NCBI RefSeq assembly: GCF_006345805.1
Contig: NW_021834870.1
Location: forward strand, 1 to 38,345
Reading direction: 5' to 3'
Source: Octopus sinensis
Lineage: Eukaryota
Length of the DNA stretch: 38,345 bases
A model generated the notes under the pieces. It was not told the origin of the DNA. It did not search any database and worked only from the letters and a program-made list of their open reading frames with translations. The position numbers and the translations under genes are program-made. Each line of letters opens with the position of its first letter. Position 1 is the first letter of the stretch. Positions 36,901 through 38,345 of the stretch are shown in pieces.

Positions 36901-38345
36901 CACGAACACAGACAGATTGATGTTTATGCTATGCAGACAGAACGAACACACGTACACAGACAGATTGATGTTTATGCTATGCAGACGGAACGAACACACA
37001 TACACAGAGCGTGGTTGATGCTATGTCTACGGAACGAACACACGTACACAGACAGATTGATGTTTATGCTATGCAGACGGAACGAACACACGTACACAGA
37101 CAGATTGATGTTTATGCTATGCAGACAGAACGAACACACGAACACAGACAGATTGATGTTTATGCTATGCAGACGGAACGAACACACGAACACAGACAGA
37201 TTGATGTTTATGCTATGCAGACGGAACGAACACACGAACACAGACAGATTGATGTTTATGCTATGCAGACAGAACGAACACACATACACAGAGCGTGGTT
37301 GATGCTATGTCTACGGAACGAACACACGCACACAGACAGATTGAAGTTTATGCTATGTAGACAGAACGAACACACATACACAGAGCGAGGTTGATGCTAT
37401 GTCTACGGAACGAACACACGTACACAGACAGATTGATGTTTATGCTATGCAGACAGAACGAACACACATACACAGAGCGTGGTTGATGCTATGTCTACGG
37501 AACGAACACACGTACACAGACAGATTGATGTTTATGCTATGCAGACGGACAACGAACACATACACAGAGCGTGGTTGATGCTATGTCTACGGAACGAACA
37601 CACGAACACAGACAGATTGATGTTTATGCTATTCAGACAGAACGAACACACATACACAGAGCGTGGTTGATGCTATGTCTACGGAACGAACACACGTACA
37701 CAGACAGATTGATGTTTATGCTATGCAGACGGAACGAACACACATACACAGAGCGTGGTTGATGCTATGTCTACGGAACGAACACACGTACACAGACAGA
37801 TTGATGTTTATGCTATGCAGACAGAACGAACACACATACACAGAGCGTGGTTGATGCTATGTCTACGGAACCAACACACGTACACAGACAGATTGATGTT
37901 TATGCTATGCAAACAGAACGAACACACATACACAGAGCGTGGTTGATGCTATGTCTACGGAACCAACACACGTACACAGACAGATTGATGTTTATGCTAT
38001 GCAGACAGAACGAACACACATACACAGAGCGTGGTTGATGCTATGTCTACGGAACGAACACACGTACACAGACATATTGATGTTTATGCTATGCAGACAG
38101 AACGAACACACATACACAGAGCGTGGTTGATGCTATGTCTACGGAACGAACACACGTACAAGACATATTGATGTTTATGCTATGCAGACAGAACGAAACA
38201 CATACACAGAGCGTGGTTGATGCTATGTCTACGGAACGAACACACGTACACAGACAGATTGATGTTTATGCTATGCAGACAGAACGAACACACATACACA
38301 GAGCGTGGTTGATGCTATGTCTACGGAACGAACACACGTACACAG
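15959..38345. repeat. 92-bp satellite DNA array (about 240 units), dimer of 48-bp A and 44-bp B subunits; runs off the window
   Basis: A=GCTATGTCTACGGAACGAACACACGTACACAGACAGATTGATGTTTAT (48); B=GCTATGCAGACAGAACGAACACACATACACAGAGCGTGGTTGAT (44). The 92-bp period is visible in the ORF track (for example 27226, 27318, 27410). Confidence 0.98.

Noticed and set aside
15959-38345. Well over 100 ORFs of the MVDAMSTERTHVHRQIDVY type, suggesting a repeat-protein gene family
   Set aside because: The period of 92 is not a multiple of 3; each ORF starts at a GTG/TTG and hits the same TGA after about two units; indels are frame-random. Satellite artefact.
15959-38345. CRISPR-like repeat-spacer array
   Set aside because: No unique spacers, contiguous near-identical units, no cas genes, eukaryotic context.
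15959-38345. Ribozyme, CENP-B box or HIF-type TACGTG site function in the satellite unit
   Set aside because: No CUGANGA/GAAA core; TTCGTTCCGTAGAC does not fit the CENP-B box; TACGTG (minus strand) is a 6-mer with no supporting evidence.

Overview
AT-rich, microsatellite-dense animal genomic DNA with no host protein-coding gene. The SINE, Penelope-like and Tx1 repeat families resemble those I recall from Octopus/coleoid cephalopods (inference, not a database result). Bases 1-11.2 kb are a graveyard of nested repeats: a Helitron-like 3' end, a 164-bp fold-back palindrome, RTE LINE fragments, a 12-copy head-to-tail SINE array, a Penelope-like GIY-YIG relic, tRNA-derived SINEs, compound microsatellites and a cluster of hammerhead-ribozyme motifs (one with a complete core at 8581-8643). 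About 11.25-15.96 kb is a near full-length Tx1-clade (L1 superfamily) LINE: ORF1 with a zinc knuckle, ORF2 with APE endonuclease, RT and the start of zf-RVT. It is broken by many 1-bp frameshifts and, unusually, truncated at its 3' end, where it is fused directly to a satellite. From 15959 to the window end (22.4 kb, about 240 units) is a 92-bp satellite built from related 48-bp and 44-bp subunits, with local higher-order repeats and variant domains. All ORFs called in the satellite and microsatellites are repeat artefacts.
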